Position numbers and translations under genes: made by a program. DNA of 52,880 bases, taken from Myxococcales bacterium. Lineage in GTDB: Bacteria > Myxococcota_A > UBA9042. The stretch covers positions 1 through 52,880 of the forward strand of contig JBBISH010000031.1 of NCBI GenBank assembly GCA_037441385.1, given 5' to 3'. The first letter of the stretch is position 1. Each line of letters begins with the position of its first letter. Of this stretch, positions 29,257-40,304 are shown piece by piece. The notes below the pieces were generated by a model. The model saw only the letters and a program-made list of their open reading frames with translations. It was not told the DNA's origin and did no database searches.

Positions 29257-30525
29257 TCAGTAGCCGTGGGAGCCGTGGGCGCCGACCACCGATTCGACCA
29301 TCAGCAACGCCCCATACACCGGCTCATTCAACCAGCCCGGCTGGTCCCGCGACACCTGCAGCCGTATGCGCGAAAAATGGCTGGGATAGAAGGTCGCCTG
29401 CGCCGCATGGCGGGTGCGCGTGCTTGTCCATTCGGGGTTCAGCGGATCGCCGGCCACGCCCGTCGCCCACTCGCTCCGCCAACCGACCTCCCACCGCTGC
29501 GCAACCATCGCCACGATCTGCGCATAACCAGCCTGATCGACAAGACTTTGGCTGCCGAGATCGCGCTGCCGCCGTGCATGTTCGATTTGCAGGGACACCG
29601 AGCGACGCTCGGCATCCGCCACGGGTCGCCAGCGCAAGTACAGGTCGCCGCCCACGATTTGGGTCCCAAGCCCCATCACCAGCGGATTCGGTCCGGCCTG
29701 CGCCGACGCGCCGACATACAGCGACCAATCGTCGTTCAACGGCGCAAAAGTCCGCAGCGTGCCGGTGTACTGCAGATCGTCGGCGGCCTGCACGGGCCGG
29801 GGCGCGTCGCCCAGCATCGACCGATTGCAGCAGGCGTTGTCGGCTTGTTGGGCCGCCAGTTTGGCCTCGACGAACCAGGGCAGGGGCAGCAGCCAGCCGA
29901 CCTGGGCGCCCACCGCCCGGTTGCCGTCGGCGCCAAAAAACTTGCCGAGCATCAGCGGTTGGTCGGCAAAGCTCCACACGTGCGGGTGGGTCGGGTTGGC
30001 GCGCCCAAAATCACTAAGGAATTTTCCTGCCTTGACAAGCAAGTTGCCGGGCAGCGCCAGGGTGTCGACAAACACTTCTTCCAGCTCCACGCCGTCTTTG
30101 CCAATGGCGATGCTGGTTTGGAAGTGCAAGTACGGGTCCACGTTGGATTCGCCGAACAACTCCAGGTAGTGCAGGTTGAATCCCGAACCGGTCGCGTCGT
30201 GCCCACCCATCTGGGGCGGATTCGGGCGCGAGAATGCCGCCGCCGATCCTCCAAACAGCAGGGACAGAGCGGGGTTGGCGCTGGACGACGGACCGTCGCT
30301 GGCCGGCGCTGGCGCGGGTTGGTCGGCATTGGCGGCTGCGGCCAGGGCGGCCTGATCTTCGGCCGATAGGGCAGCTGGGGTCGAATCGCCAGGAAGATCT
30401 GCCGCTTGGACCGTAGCGCCGGCGAACAGGCTCGCCGCAGCCAGTGTCCACAGGTGGCCAAGGAATCGGCCTCTGGGTGCGCTCGCAGCGGCAACCCTGC
30501 CCGAGCAAGAATGGGCGTTCGTCAC
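29257..30525 (-). CDS. Putative zinc-regulated outer-membrane beta-barrel/receptor
   Basis: Signal peptide; NP.LS, EL...[28 protein letters not shown]-terminal GAHGSH; directly upstream of the metal SBP. Confidence 0.75.
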   Translation of the reverse strand: MTNAHSCSGRVAAASAPRGRFLGHLWTLAAASLFAGATVQAADLPGDSTPAALSAEDQAALAAAANADQPAPAPASDGPSSSANPALSLLFGGSAAAFSRPNPPQMGGHDATGSGFNLHYLELFGESNVDPYLHFQTSIAIGKDGVELEEVFVDTLALPGNLLVKAGKFLSDFGRANPTHPHVWSFADQPLMLGKFFGADGNRAVGAQVGWLLPLPWFVEAKLAAQQADNACCNRSMLGDAPRPVQAADDLQYTGTLRTFAPLNDDWSLYVGASAQAGPNPLVMGLGTQIVGGDLYLRWRPVADAERRSVSLQIEHARRQRDLGSQSLVDQAGYAQIVAMVAQRWEVGWRSEWATGVAGDPLNPEWTSTRTRHAAQATFYPSHFSRIRLQVSRDQPGWLNEPVYGALLMVESVVGAHGSHGY

Positions 30526-31469
30526 GCGGCCAACCCCAACGTCACCCGCAAACCTGCCAGGGTTTTTTCAAGCCCTTCGCGTAGTTGCACCTTGGGCTCC
30601 CAGCCAAGCTCTTCGCGGGCACGGCGAATGTCGGGCTGGCGCTGTTTGGGGTCGTCGGCGGGCAGTGGGCGGTACAGGAGGCGCTGCGGACCCAAAAGCT
30701 CTTGCACGCGCTGCGCCAGCTCCATGATGGTAAACTCGTTGGGATTTCCCAGGTTGTATGGCATGCCGTCGCCGCGATTCAGCACGCGCACGATGCCCTC
30801 GACCAGATCGTCCACATAGCAGAACGAGCGGGTCTGGCCACCGTCGCCAAAGACGGTCAGCGGCTCGCCGCGCAGGGCCTGGGCCAAAAAAGCCGTGACC
30901 ACCCGACCATCGTCCGGCTTGAGCCGAGGACCATAGGTGTTGAAAATGCGGATGATGCGCGTGTCGGTGCCAAAGCTACGCCGGTAGGCCATGGTGGCGG
31001 CTTCGGCAAAACGCTTGGCCTCGTCGTAGACCGATCGCGGGCCGATCGAGCTGACGTTGCCCAGGTACGATTCGCGCTGCGGGTGCTCCAGCGGATCGCC
31101 ATAGATCTCGGACGTCGACGCCAGCAGAAAGCGCGCGCCTTTGGTCTTGGCCAATTCCAGCGCGTTCAGCGTCCCGGCCGAACCCACCTTCAGCGTCTGG
31201 ATCGGCATGGCCAGATAGTCGAACGGCGACGCTGGCGAGGCAAAATGCAGCACCGTGGCGACCTCGCCGGGCACGTCCAGGCCCTCGCTCACGTCGGCGA
31301 TGCGCAGCTGAAAGTCGGGGTGCGACTGCAGGTGCGCCAGATTGTCGGCGCGCCCCGTGCAGAGATTGTCCACGGCCACCACGGACCAGCCGTCGGCCAA
31401 GAAACGCTCGCACAGCGACGTGCCGACGAAGCCGGCGCCCCCAGTGATGACAACGCGTTGCTTGGCCAT
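30522..31469 (-). CDS. UDP-glucuronic acid decarboxylase family (extended SDR)
   Basis: [64 protein letters not shown]. Confidence 0.93.
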   Translation of the reverse strand: MAKQRVVITGGAGFVGTSLCERFLADGWSVVAVDNLCTGRADNLAHLQSHPDFQLRIADVSEGLDVPGEVATVLHFASPASPFDYLAMPIQTLKVGSAGTLNALELAKTKGARFLLASTSEIYGDPLEHPQRESYLGNVSSIGPRSVYDEAKRFAEAATMAYRRSFGTDTRIIRIFNTYGPRLKPDDGRVVTAFLAQALRGEPLTVFGDGGQTRSFCYVDDLVEGIVRVLNRGDGMPYNLGNPNEFTIMELAQRVQELLGPQRLLYRPLPADDPKQRQPDIRRAREELGWEPKVQLREGLEKTLAGLRVTLGLAA

Positions 31470-31631
31470 GCTCGTGTCCGGCCCAGGATCGGGCCGCCAA
31501 AGGATAGCGGGTCGCGGCCGCTTGTCCACCGGGCGCCGCAGTAGCCGGCCACCCACTCTGGTCGCATTGGAAATGCCGGGCGGCGTGTGCTATGCCGAGC
31601 GTGCCGGGGTCAAAGCCGGCGGGAGTCGTCG

Positions 31632-34244
31632 ATGCCGCGAGCACAAAAAAACGCAAAGAAATCCGATAAGGCGCCCGTCGAATTGCGCAGTGTCGCCCGG
31701 CCGACTGGATTGGATGCGGCGCAGTGCACTACGCAAATTGCCTTGGACAAGCTCAAGTTCGACACGACGGACGAAGTCGAGCGCATGCCCAGCGTGATCG
31801 AGCAAGAACGCGCGATGGCCAGCCTGGAACTGGGCTTGTCGGTGAACCGCCCGAATTACCATGTCTACGTGGCGGGACCGTCTGGAACGGGCAAGCGCAG
31901 TCTGTTGCGGGCGATGCTCGACAAGCTGGCGCCGGCGCGCAAGACGCCGCAAGACTGGTTGTACCTTCACAATTTTGCCGACAAAGACGCGCCGATCGCA
32001 GTGGGCCTCAAGGCTGGCGAGGGCCGCGAACTCAAGAAGGCCCTAGACAAGTTGTTGGAAAAACTCCAGAAAGAGATTCCGGGGTCGTTCCACTCGCCCG
32101 AGCACCAGCTGAAGTTGCAGCACGCGGTGTCGCGCTCGCAAATGGCGTCGACCGATGCCTTTGTGGCGCTGTCGCGGCAGGCCGAGGCGCTGGGTTTTGT
32201 GGTGCGCGCGACCAAGGATGGCGAGTTGGAGACGCTGCCCGTGGTGGGCGGCAAGACCCTAAAAGACAAAGATATCATGGCTCTGCCGGAAGCGGAGCGC
32301 AAAGCCATCGACAAGCGTCGCGAGGATCTAGAGCCGCTCTTTACCGCCTTTGTCCAGGCCAACCGCAAGATCGAGCAGCTCACGCAAGATCGCATCGAGA
32401 AGGTGCAGCGCGAGATGGCTGAGCGGGTGACGGCCAATCTTTTCAGTGATTTGCGTGATCGGTTCAAGTCGGGCGGGCGCAAACTGGGCAGCTTTTTCGA
32501 TGCGCTGCGCGACGACGTCCACGCCAACCTGACGCGCTTCTTGCCCGATCACGACGCGGAAGAAGAAAAGAGCAGTCCTCGCGAGGAGTCCGATCCCTTC
32601 GTCGGCTTCCGCGCCAACCTCGTGGTCGATCACGGGCCCGAAAAAGGCAGTGGATCCAAAGCAGTCGCTCCCAAAGGCGCGCCGGTCGTGTTCGAGACCC
32701 ACCCCACCTACTACCGCTTGTTCGGCCGCATCGAACGTCGCGTAGAGCAGGGCATCTACTTCACCGATCACACCATGATCCGCGCCGGTTCGCTGGCCCA
32801 GGCCAATGGCGGCTTCTTGGTGTGCCACGCGGTCGACTTGGTGCAGGGTGTGGGCGTGTGGGAGAACCTGAAGGTCACCCTGCGCAACGGCGAGCTGTCC
32901 ATCGAGGATCTAGGTGAAATGGCAGGACTTCTGCCTACTTCGGGCCTGAAGCCCGAGCCGATTCCGCTCCAAGTCAAGATCGTGCTGATCGGCTCGAACT
33001 CGCTGTACCATGCGCTGTACCGCGGCGACGACGACTTCCGCAAAATCTTCCGGGTCAAGGCCGATTTCGACCACGAGATCCGCCAGTCGCCCGATGCCAT
33101 CCAGAAGTACGTCAGCTTCATCGCCACCGCGGCCAAGAACAACAATTGCCGGCCCGTCGACCGCGAAGGGGTCGCGGCGATCCTGGAACACGGTGCGCGG
33201 CTGGTCGATTCGCAGCGCAAATTGACCTTGCGTTTCAACCGTATCTCGATGCTCCTCATCGAGGCCGACTGGTTTGCCGCCAAGTCGCGCAGCAAGCACA
33301 TCACGCGCAAGCATGTCGAAAAGGCCATCGCCCAGCGCACCCAAAGCTCGGCGCTGATCGCCGACAAGATGCACGAGGACTTGCTCGACGACCAGTGGTT
33401 GATGGAGGCCAATGGCACCGAAGTTGGCGTGATCAATGGTCTTGCCGTACTGAGCGTCGGCGAGCACGAGTTCGGCCGGCCGTTCCGCATCACCGCCCGC
33501 TGCTTCGCCGGCACGGCGGGCATCGTCAACATCGAGCGCGAAGTGGCGATGTCGGGCGAGATACACGACAAAGGCGTGCAAATTCTCTCGGGTTTCTTGG
33601 GTGATCGCTTCGCGCAGAAGCACCCCTTGTACTTGACGGCGACGGTCACTTTCGAGCAAAGCTACGGCGAAGTCGACGGCGATTCTGCTTCCAGCACGTG
33701 GCTTTACGTGATCCTGTCCGCCATCTCGGGCGTTCCCATCGCGCAGGGCATCGGCGTCACCGGATCGGTCAATCAACTGGGCCAGATCCAGCCGATCGGC
33801 GGGGTCAACGAGAAGATCGAGGGCTTCTACCGCTTCTGCAAGGCCAAGGGACTGACGGGCGAGCAGGGCGTGATGATTCCTTGGCAGAACGTGCAACATC
33901 TGGTTTTGGATAAGGAAGTGCGCGAGGCGATCGCCAAGGGCCAATTCCATGTCTGGCCGGTTCGAACGGTGGACGAAGGCATCCAGATCCTCACTGGGGT
34001 CGAGGCCGGCGTACCCGGCGCGGATGGGCTGTACCCGCAGGGTACGTTGATGCGCAAAGTGGCCGAACGTCTTGATGAATTGCGCCGACATGCCGCCACC
34101 GGCAAGCCTTCTTCGGGCAAGCGCGGCTTGGTCGGGGGCAGCGGTGTGCGCGCCCGTCGCCGCCACGAAGACGAGTTTGAAGAGGGGGCCGAGGACGACG
34201 GCGACGACGAGATGCGCGGCCTGGGCGAATGGGGAGACGATTGA
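31632..34244 (+). CDS. Lon-like protease (AAA_32/LonC type with S16 protease domain)
   Basis: GPSGTGK, ANGGFL, LKPEPIPL.VKIVLIG, INGLAV, HDKGV, EQSY..VDGDSAS (Ser), GGVNEKIEG (Lys). Confidence 0.92.
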   Translation: MPRAQKNAKKSDKAPVELRSVARPTGLDAAQCTTQIALDKLKFDTTDEVERMPSVIEQERAMASLELGLSVNRPNYHVYVAGPSGTGKRSLLRAMLDKLAPARKTPQDWLYLHNFADKDAPIAVGLKAGEGRELKKALDKLLEKLQKEIPGSFHSPEHQLKLQHAVSRSQMASTDAFVALSRQAEALGFVVRATKDGELETLPVVGGKTLKDKDIMALPEAERKAIDKRREDLEPLFTAFVQANRKIEQLTQDRIEKVQREMAERVTANLFSDLRDRFKSGGRKLGSFFDALRDDVHANLTRFLPDHDAEEEKSSPREESDPFVGFRANLVVDHGPEKGSGSKAVAPKGAPVVFETHPTYYRLFGRIERRVEQGIYFTDHTMIRAGSLAQANGGFLVCHAVDLVQGVGVWENLKVTLRNGELSIEDLGEMAGLLPTSGLKPEPIPLQVKIVLIGSNSLYHALYRGDDDFRKIFRVKADFDHEIRQSPDAIQKYVSFIATAAKNNNCRPVDREGVAAILEHGARLVDSQRKLTLRFNRISMLLIEADWFAAKSRSKHITRKHVEKAIAQRTQSSALIADKMHEDLLDDQWLMEANGTEVGVINGLAVLSVGEHEFGRPFRITARCFAGTAGIVNIEREVAMSGEIHDKGVQILSGFLGDRFAQKHPLYLTATVTFEQSYGEVDGDSASSTWLYVILSAISGVPIAQGIGVTGSVNQLGQIQPIGGVNEKIEGFYRFCKAKGLTGEQGVMIPWQNVQHLVLDKEVREAIAKGQFHVWPVRTVDEGIQILTGVEAGVPGADGLYPQGTLMRKVAERLDELRRHAATGKPSSGKRGLVGGSGVRARRRHEDEFEEGAEDDGDDEMRGLGEWGDD

Positions 34245-34741
34245 TGAGCGACCGCGCGGTCTTGCAGGCCATGCTTGCCCGATGGCTGGTGGCCCTGAAT
34301 CACCGTGGCCAGGGGGTGGCCGCCGCCGTGGCGGACCAGGTCGCTGTGCAGCGCTTTGGCTTCCACTACCAGCGGGGCGAGTTGGTCGAGGAACTGCACG
34401 GACCGACCGAGGTGGCACAATGGCTAGCCCGGACCGCCCCCGTGGTGCGCTTTGAGTTGGACCCGGGCGAACCCGTCCAAACTGGGCCAGGTGCCTGGCA
34501 AGTTCGCTATGTCGTGAGTGCTCCCGACGATTTTCTGGGCGGCGGCCTGTGGGACATTCGGCTCGACGACCACGGCCTGCTCAGGTATCTCGGCCATCAT
34601 CCTGACGATCTGGCGCCGGAGCACTGGGGGCCGCCGCCCGCGCACGCCGACCACGATCAAACCGTCCATGATCAGACCGTCCATGATCAGACCGTCCATG
34701 ATCAGACCGTCCATGATCACAGGGACCACTCAGCCCACTAG
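34244..34741 (+). CDS. Hypothetical protein with His-rich repeat tail, translationally coupled to the Lon-like gene
   Basis: TGATG overlap at 34242-34246; C-terminal (HDQTV)x4 HDHRDHSAH. Confidence 0.7.
   Translation: MSDRAVLQAMLARWLVALNHRGQGVAAAVADQVAVQRFGFHYQRGELVEELHGPTEVAQWLARTAPVVRFELDPGEPVQTGPGAWQVRYVVSAPDDFLGGGLWDIRLDDHGLLRYLGHHPDDLAPEHWGPPPAHADHDQTVHDQTVHDQTVHDQTVHDHRDHSAH
34651..34719 (+). repeat. 15-bp tandem repeat CCATGATCAGACCGT, about 4.6 copies
   Basis: Units start at 34651 (2 mismatches), 34666, 34681, 34696; partial unit at 34711. Confidence 0.95.
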
Positions 34742-35188
34742 TTTGTCCGGATCGACGCGGCCCTTGCGCACCGCAGGTACGCCCGCGATCAGGCTGTAGG
34801 GCGGGAACTCGGCGAACTCTTTCACCACCGCTCCGGCCGCGACGATGCTGTGGTGGCCGATGCGCGCGCCCATCAGGATTACGGCGTTGGTGCCGACAAA
34901 CACGTGGTCGCCGATCTCGGTGGGCGCGCGGTCGACTTCGCTGTGGCGGCGCTCGGTCACGGTCCTGCGCATCGAGCTGTGGGTCAGGATTTGCGCGCCC
35001 GAGCTGATGTCGCAGCCCTTGCCGATGGTCAGGCCGCCTGAACCGTCGATCAAGGTGAAGGCGCCGATCCAGCAGCCAGGGCCGATTTCAGGTTGGCCGA
35101 CCACCCAACAGAGCGGATTGTAAGGATTGGGCGGCAGAGGCCAAGTCGGCGGGTACCCGGGCGGCAGCGGCGGCGGTTCGTGGCTCAT
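34730..35188 (-). CDS. Hexapeptide-repeat (LbH) acyltransferase
   Basis: IGPGCWIG, LTIGKGCDISSGAQILTH, IGDHVFVG, IAGVPA. Confidence 0.88.
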   Translation of the reverse strand: MSHEPPPLPPGYPPTWPLPPNPYNPLCWVVGQPEIGPGCWIGAFTLIDGSGGLTIGKGCDISSGAQILTHSSMRRTVTERRHSEVDRAPTEIGDHVFVGTNAVILMGARIGHHSIVAAGAVVKEFAEFPPYSLIAGVPAVRKGRVDPDKLVG

Positions 35189-35315
35189 GGCTCCCACCAT
35201 GCCAAGCTGCTGCGCGGCGTGCAAGGCTGTGCAGGCGACTTTGGATTATTCGACGCGTGCCGCGAACATGCTAGCGTGGCCGCCAACTGCCCGGTCGCAG
35301 TGTGGAACGCCCCAC

Positions 35316-35948
35316 GTGAAAGTCACTTTCGTTCGTCACGCCGCCAGCGAATGGGCCGGCACGCCGCGCCTGCTGGGCCGGACCGACATCGGCCTCTCGG
35401 AGTTGGGGCGCCAGCAAGTGCCCCTGGTGGCCGAGCGTTTGGGCCGGCACCGCTTCGACGCGCTGTGGTCCAGCCCGCTGCTGCGCTGTCGCGACACCGC
35501 GGCCGGGATCGGCGATCGCATCGGTCATATGCCCGTGCTCGACGACCGCCTGATCGAACTGGACATCGGTCAGCTTGAGGGCATGTCGTTTGCGGAATTG
35601 CCAAAGGGGCCTGGGACCTTTCGCGACCGCTGGCAGCGCCGTCCAGGCACGACGCGCTTCCCCGGTGGCGAGACCATCGCCGAAGTAGTGGCCCGTACCT
35701 GGACCGTGCTCGAAGACCTGTACGACGTCCACCCCAACGGCCACGTCCTGGTGGTCGCCCACATGTTTGCCATCAGCGCCGCCCTCACGCGCGTGTTCAA
35801 GCTCAAACCGGGGCAGTTCCGAACATTTGCCGTCGATCCCGCGTCCCTGTCCACGGTGCAGATGGACCGCGGGGGCTTTCGGCTGCTGCAGCTCAACGAC
35901 ACCAGTCATCTTGGGTCGTTGCGTGCCCCCGGCAGCCATGCTCTGTAG
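35316..35948 (+). CDS. Histidine phosphatase (PGAM/CobC-like)
   Basis: FVRHA, SSPLLRC, RLIELD.G..EG, FPGGE, VVAH. Confidence 0.88.
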   Translation: MKVTFVRHAASEWAGTPRLLGRTDIGLSELGRQQVPLVAERLGRHRFDALWSSPLLRCRDTAAGIGDRIGHMPVLDDRLIELDIGQLEGMSFAELPKGPGTFRDRWQRRPGTTRFPGGETIAEVVARTWTVLEDLYDVHPNGHVLVVAHMFAISAALTRVFKLKPGQFRTFAVDPASLSTVQMDRGGFRLLQLNDTSHLGSLRAPGSHAL

Positions 35949-36199
35949 AATATGCCTGCCGCGGCAGGTCGCGCCGGCCCGGCCTGTTGGGTTGCGCCTG
36001 GCTTGCAGGTAAGTACGGACTTCTCTAAACTTAGCGAGCCCGGCCGCCGTCTGCGGCGGGTTTCCTGCCTGCTCAGGCCGGCGTCTTGTAGCGCGAAGGC
36101 GCGCCTTCTGAGCCATTGCATAGTATCGCAGAACTTGCTAGGTTCGGTGCGACGCGGACCGGACCGCAGTTCTTGGCGATCGACGAGTGCGGAGCAAGC

Positions 36200-37069
36200 A
36201 TGCTCACCCGAATCGAGTACCCCCTCAACCGGCCCGCGCCGGTTCTCAGCGTCGTGGTAGTGGCCTGGCGCCGTGACGAAGACCTCCCTGCCTGTCTGAA
36301 GGCCATCTGCAATCAAACGCTGGATCGCCGCCAATACGAAATCATCGTCGTCGACAACGGCGGCAATCCAAACGCGCGACGTAACTGTGCGCATTTGGTC
36401 GATCTTTGGTACGAGTCGCCCACCAACAGTGGCTGTTCGGGCGGGCGCAATGTGGGCGCAAGGCTGGCCCGCGGCGAGTTCATTGCCTTTGTCGACGACG
36501 ACGGCGAGATCGAGCGGCCGTTCCTGGCGGCGGCGCTGTCCGCCATCCAGTCCTCGGCCGATCTGGCGGGTGTGCGCGGCAAAGTGATTCACCGCAAGCA
36601 CCGGTTCATGACCATGCTCGCGGGCGTCTACGACCTGGGCCCAGAGCTGCTGCCGCGGGTCACGCTGGACTGCGAAGGGGCGAGCATCGTGCGCTCGGCG
36701 CTGTTTTGTTCCGTCGATGGCTTTGACGAGCGGCTTGCGGGTGGCGAAGGTTTGGATTGGACGGTACGGGTGATGCTCGCCTTTCCTGGCGTGCGCGTGT
36801 GCTACGAGCCGGCGATGGTGATGCGCCACGACTACGTGGATAGTCCCGTCCGTTACCTGTCCAAGGTGCATATGAACCGCCGAAGCCGCGAGCGGCAATC
36901 GGCGCAACTAGACGAGTTTCCTACGCTTCGTATCCCGCCCGAACTCGGGATCAAGACCGACCTGCCGGATCGCCGGCCATTGCTGGATCGAATTGTCTGC
37001 AAATTCGGCCGCTACATCGTGCGCGCCACCGAGTGGATTCCCGAACGCGACGACTATCGCCGCAAGTAG
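36200..37069 (+). CDS. Glycosyltransferase family 2
   Basis: LSVVV, EIIVVDNG, GRN.GA..ARGE.IAFVDDD, GFDE. Confidence 0.9.
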   Translation: MLTRIEYPLNRPAPVLSVVVVAWRRDEDLPACLKAICNQTLDRRQYEIIVVDNGGNPNARRNCAHLVDLWYESPTNSGCSGGRNVGARLARGEFIAFVDDDGEIERPFLAAALSAIQSSADLAGVRGKVIHRKHRFMTMLAGVYDLGPELLPRVTLDCEGASIVRSALFCSVDGFDERLAGGEGLDWTVRVMLAFPGVRVCYEPAMVMRHDYVDSPVRYLSKVHMNRRSRERQSAQLDEFPTLRIPPELGIKTDLPDRRPLLDRIVCKFGRYIVRATEWIPERDDYRRK

Positions 37070-37120
37070 GGGCGCGCTGGACCCAATCGGTCCGGCAAGG
37101 TAGCGACAGGAGAACTGTTC

Positions 37121-39004
37121 ATGTGCGGACTTGTTGGGATGCTGCTGCCGAATGGAGCGCAAAGGCGCGAGAGCGAGCTGCGGCGCGCCTGTGAAGCACT
37201 CGTTCACCGCGGACCCGACGACGAAGGTCTGTATTTCTCGGGCCCGGTGGGTCTGGGCTTCCGGCGCTTGTCCATCTTGGACCTGACCCCAGGGGGGCAC
37301 CAGCCGATGACCTCGGCCGACGGTCAATGGACCGTGGTCTTCAACGGAGAGATCTATAATTTCATAGAGCTGCGTCGCGAGCTGCGCGCGGCTGGGCGCG
37401 AGCTGCACAGCGACAGTGACACCGAGGTCTTGGTCGAAGGCCTGTCGTTGTGGGGGCTTAGGACCTTCGAGCGCTGCAACGGCATGTGGGCGGTCTTGGC
37501 CTGGCACGAGCCGTCGCAGACGCTCTACGTGGTCCGCGATCCGTGGGGCATCAAACCGCTGCTGACGGCGCGCCTAGACGCTGGTTGGGCCTTTGCCAGC
37601 GAGATCGGGGGCCTAAAGGCCCTGGGTTGCCAGATTGGCGAGTTCAATCTACCCGTCATTTCGCACTTCTTGAGCACCGGCGAAATCGATATCGGCGACA
37701 ACACGGCCTTTACCGCGGTGCAGCGCCTGTTGCCAGGCCGTGTCTATGCCTACCGTTTGGCCGCCGAGCCGTTCGCCGTGGCGTATCCCGATGGGACCGC
37801 CCAGGTCGAAATTCCCCGCCACGACGGTAGCGAGGCCGCCGATCACGAGTACGTGGCTGCGTTCCGGGCTGCCTATGTGCGGTCAGTCGAGGCGCGGATT
37901 CGCTCGGATGTGCCTGTGGGGACGTGCCTTTCCGGCGGTCTGGACTCGACCAGCATCGCTTGCATCGCCGCGCGTGCCCAGCCCGCCGAGCGGGTGCGCC
38001 CGTGCCGGTACGCGTTCTCGGCCCTGCTGCCCGAATTCGACGAGACTCCGTACATCAAGGCGGTGGTGGCCCAGACCGAAGTCAACTGGTATCACACGGT
38101 TTGCGACGACTCTAGCGTGGCCAACCGCATCGACGCCTTTGTGGCCGCCAACGGCGAGCCGATGCACTCGCTGTCCGCCTTCGCCGGCTACCTGGTCATG
38201 GAGCTGGCGGCGCGCGAGGGCGTCAAGGTGCTGCTCAACGGACAGGGCTCCGACGAACTGCTGGCTGGCTACTCTTCGGCCTCGCAGCCCTACCTGCGCA
38301 CGTTGGCGGTATCAGAGGGATTGACCGCGGCCCTGCTGGCGGCCCGCAGCGAATCCAAAGGTCGCTTTGGCGTGGTCGAAACCGCGGTGCGCATGGGCGG
38401 TGGGCTGCTGATGTCCGCCCTGCCCAGCGATCGCCAGTCGCAGATGTATCGCCGGCGGGCCGAGCGTAACCCGTTGCCATTGCTGAAGAAACACAGTAAT
38501 CCGGCGCTCGTTGCCGGTGCGGACGCCCACAACTTCTTGGACGCCAACTTGCTCGACCAGCAAGTGCGGGCGCCGCTGCCACTATACTTGCGCATCGAAG
38601 ATACCAACTCGTCGGCGTTTTCGCTGGAATCGCGGCTGCCGTTCCTGGACCCGTCTGTGGTGGCCCTGGCCCGGGCCGCACCGCCGCGGCTGCTGCGCCG
38701 GCACGGCTTGAACAAGTTCCTGCTTCGCGAGGCCCTGCGCGGTCTGGTGCCCGAAGTGGTGCGAACCAGGCGGGACAAGATGGGTTTCCCGATTCCCGCC
38801 GAGCGCTGGTGGCGGGGGCCCTTGGGCGATCGCATGCGCCACTTGCTGACCGCCGAGCGCCTGAGCCGCCGCGGTTTGTACGACGTGCCGCGCTTGATGG
38901 CATCGATCCACGCCTTCCACGCCGGCGCCAAGCTCGAGCCGTGGTTGGGCCGCGTTTTCAACATCGAATTGTGGGCGGCGCATCACATCGACGGCGGCAA
39001 ATAG
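37121..39004 (+). CDS. asnB: Asparagine synthase (glutamine-hydrolysing)-like amidotransferase
   Basis: MCG N-terminus, HRGPD, RRLSILD, FNGEIYN, SDTEV, LSGGLDS, NGQGSDE, ESRLPFLD, KMGF. Confidence 0.95.
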   Translation: MCGLVGMLLPNGAQRRESELRRACEALVHRGPDDEGLYFSGPVGLGFRRLSILDLTPGGHQPMTSADGQWTVVFNGEIYNFIELRRELRAAGRELHSDSDTEVLVEGLSLWGLRTFERCNGMWAVLAWHEPSQTLYVVRDPWGIKPLLTARLDAGWAFASEIGGLKALGCQIGEFNLPVISHFLSTGEIDIGDNTAFTAVQRLLPGRVYAYRLAAEPFAVAYPDGTAQVEIPRHDGSEAADHEYVAAFRAAYVRSVEARIRSDVPVGTCLSGGLDSTSIACIAARAQPAERVRPCRYAFSALLPEFDETPYIKAVVAQTEVNWYHTVCDDSSVANRIDAFVAANGEPMHSLSAFAGYLVMELAAREGVKVLLNGQGSDELLAGYSSASQPYLRTLAVSEGLTAALLAARSESKGRFGVVETAVRMGGGLLMSALPSDRQSQMYRRRAERNPLPLLKKHSNPALVAGADAHNFLDANLLDQQVRAPLPLYLRIEDTNSSAFSLESRLPFLDPSVVALARAAPPRLLRRHGLNKFLLREALRGLVPEVVRTRRDKMGFPIPAERWWRGPLGDRMRHLLTAERLSRRGLYDVPRLMASIHAFHAGAKLEPWLGRVFNIELWAAHHIDGGK

Positions 39005-39059
39005 CCCGTTGCGCCGCGGAGCGGTCGCCACCACTCTCCCCAGCCTGCACTCAAACCCA

Positions 39060-40304
39060 ATGACCAATCAAGAACTTCTGGCGCCATCGGTCGCGCTGCA
39101 AAGGATTCTGGCCGCCGTTGCCCCGTTGCCCGCTGAACCCACGGCGATCGACGGAGTGGGCCACGGGTTTGTGCTGGAGCCGGTCCACGCAGATCGCGAT
39201 CAACCGCCCTTCGACCGCGCTGCGATGGATGGTTTTGCTCTTCGAGTTGAGGACTTGCGTGCCATTGGCCTGCAGTTGCCGTGCAGCGCCACCGTGGTCG
39301 CCGGCCGGCCGCTGCCCAGCCCAGTTCCGCCTGGCACCTGCGTGCGAATCATGACCGGTGGCGCAGTGCCGGCGTCTCTGGACGCCGTGGTGCCCATCGA
39401 GGTCGTCCAAGTTGCCACGCTAGATGGCGCGGTGGTCGTCACCTTCCCCAACGGCGTCCGCCGCGACCAGCATATCGCGCGCTGCGGCAGCGAAGTTCGC
39501 CAAGGGGCCCAGGTGATTGCCGCGGGTTCCGCGTGGACGCCAGCGCGCGTGGGAGTGGCGGCCAGCTTTGGCGCCGCCCAGGTCCCGCTGGTTCGGCCGG
39601 TGCGCGTGGCGCTGGTCGCGACGGGCGACGAGATCGTGCCGGTGCACACCCAGCCCGGCCCAGGTCAGATCCGCGATAGCAATCGTTACGCGCTGCAGGC
39701 CTTGTTGAACCGGCACGGCGCTCAGGTTCAGGTGTATCCTACGGCGCCCGACCGGGCCGACGGCTTGGCCGACCTGCTCGAGACGGCTTGGCGCTACAAC
39801 GACTTGCTGATCACCACTGGCGGCGTCTCGGCCGGAGACCTTGACCTGGTCGTGCCCACGTTGACCCGTCTGGGCGCCGTTGCCCACTTCCACAAGATCG
39901 CGATCAAGCCCGGAAAGCCCCTGCTTTTTGCCACTCGGGCCGGCAAGTCGATGCTGGGGCTGCCCGGCAATCCCGTGAGTGCGCTGGTTTGCGCCGTGCT
40001 GTTTGCCGTGCCGCTCCTGCAACGGCTACGCGGCGCCGCTGGGGTGGGGTGGCAGTTCGTTCAGGTCCCTCTCGCAGGGCCAATGGGACCCGCGGGCGCC
40101 CGGCTGGAGGTCTTGCCAGTTCGCTTTGTCGACGTCGATGGCCGAACCCAGGTCGCGCCAGTGTCCGCCAAGGGATCCGCGGACTTGCCGGCCTACGCGC
40201 AAGCAGACGCGTGGGCGTTGCGCCCTGCCGGCGATCCAGCCCGCAGCGCGGGCGAAGCCCTTGATGTGCTGTGGTCCCCGCAGCCGCACGATCGCGGCGC
40301 CTAG
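39060..40304 (+). CDS. moeA: Molybdopterin molybdotransferase
   Basis: PPFDRAAMDGFA, IMTGG.VP, TGDE, IRDSN, TTGGVSAGD.D, KPGKP, LPGNPVS. Confidence 0.95.
   Translation: MTNQELLAPSVALQRILAAVAPLPAEPTAIDGVGHGFVLEPVHADRDQPPFDRAAMDGFALRVEDLRAIGLQLPCSATVVAGRPLPSPVPPGTCVRIMTGGAVPASLDAVVPIEVVQVATLDGAVVVTFPNGVRRDQHIARCGSEVRQGAQVIAAGSAWTPARVGVAASFGAAQVPLVRPVRVALVATGDEIVPVHTQPGPGQIRDSNRYALQALLNRHGAQVQVYPTAPDRADGLADLLETAWRYNDLLITTGGVSAGDLDLVVPTLTRLGAVAHFHKIAIKPGKPLLFATRAGKSMLGLPGNPVSALVCAVLFAVPLLQRLRGAAGVGWQFVQVPLAGPMGPAGARLEVLPVRFVDVDGRTQVAPVSAKGSADLPAYAQADAWALRPAGDPARSAGEALDVLWSPQPHDRGA

Noticed and set aside
34651..34719. CRISPR or regulatory array
   Set aside because: In-frame 15-bp coding tandem repeat without spacers
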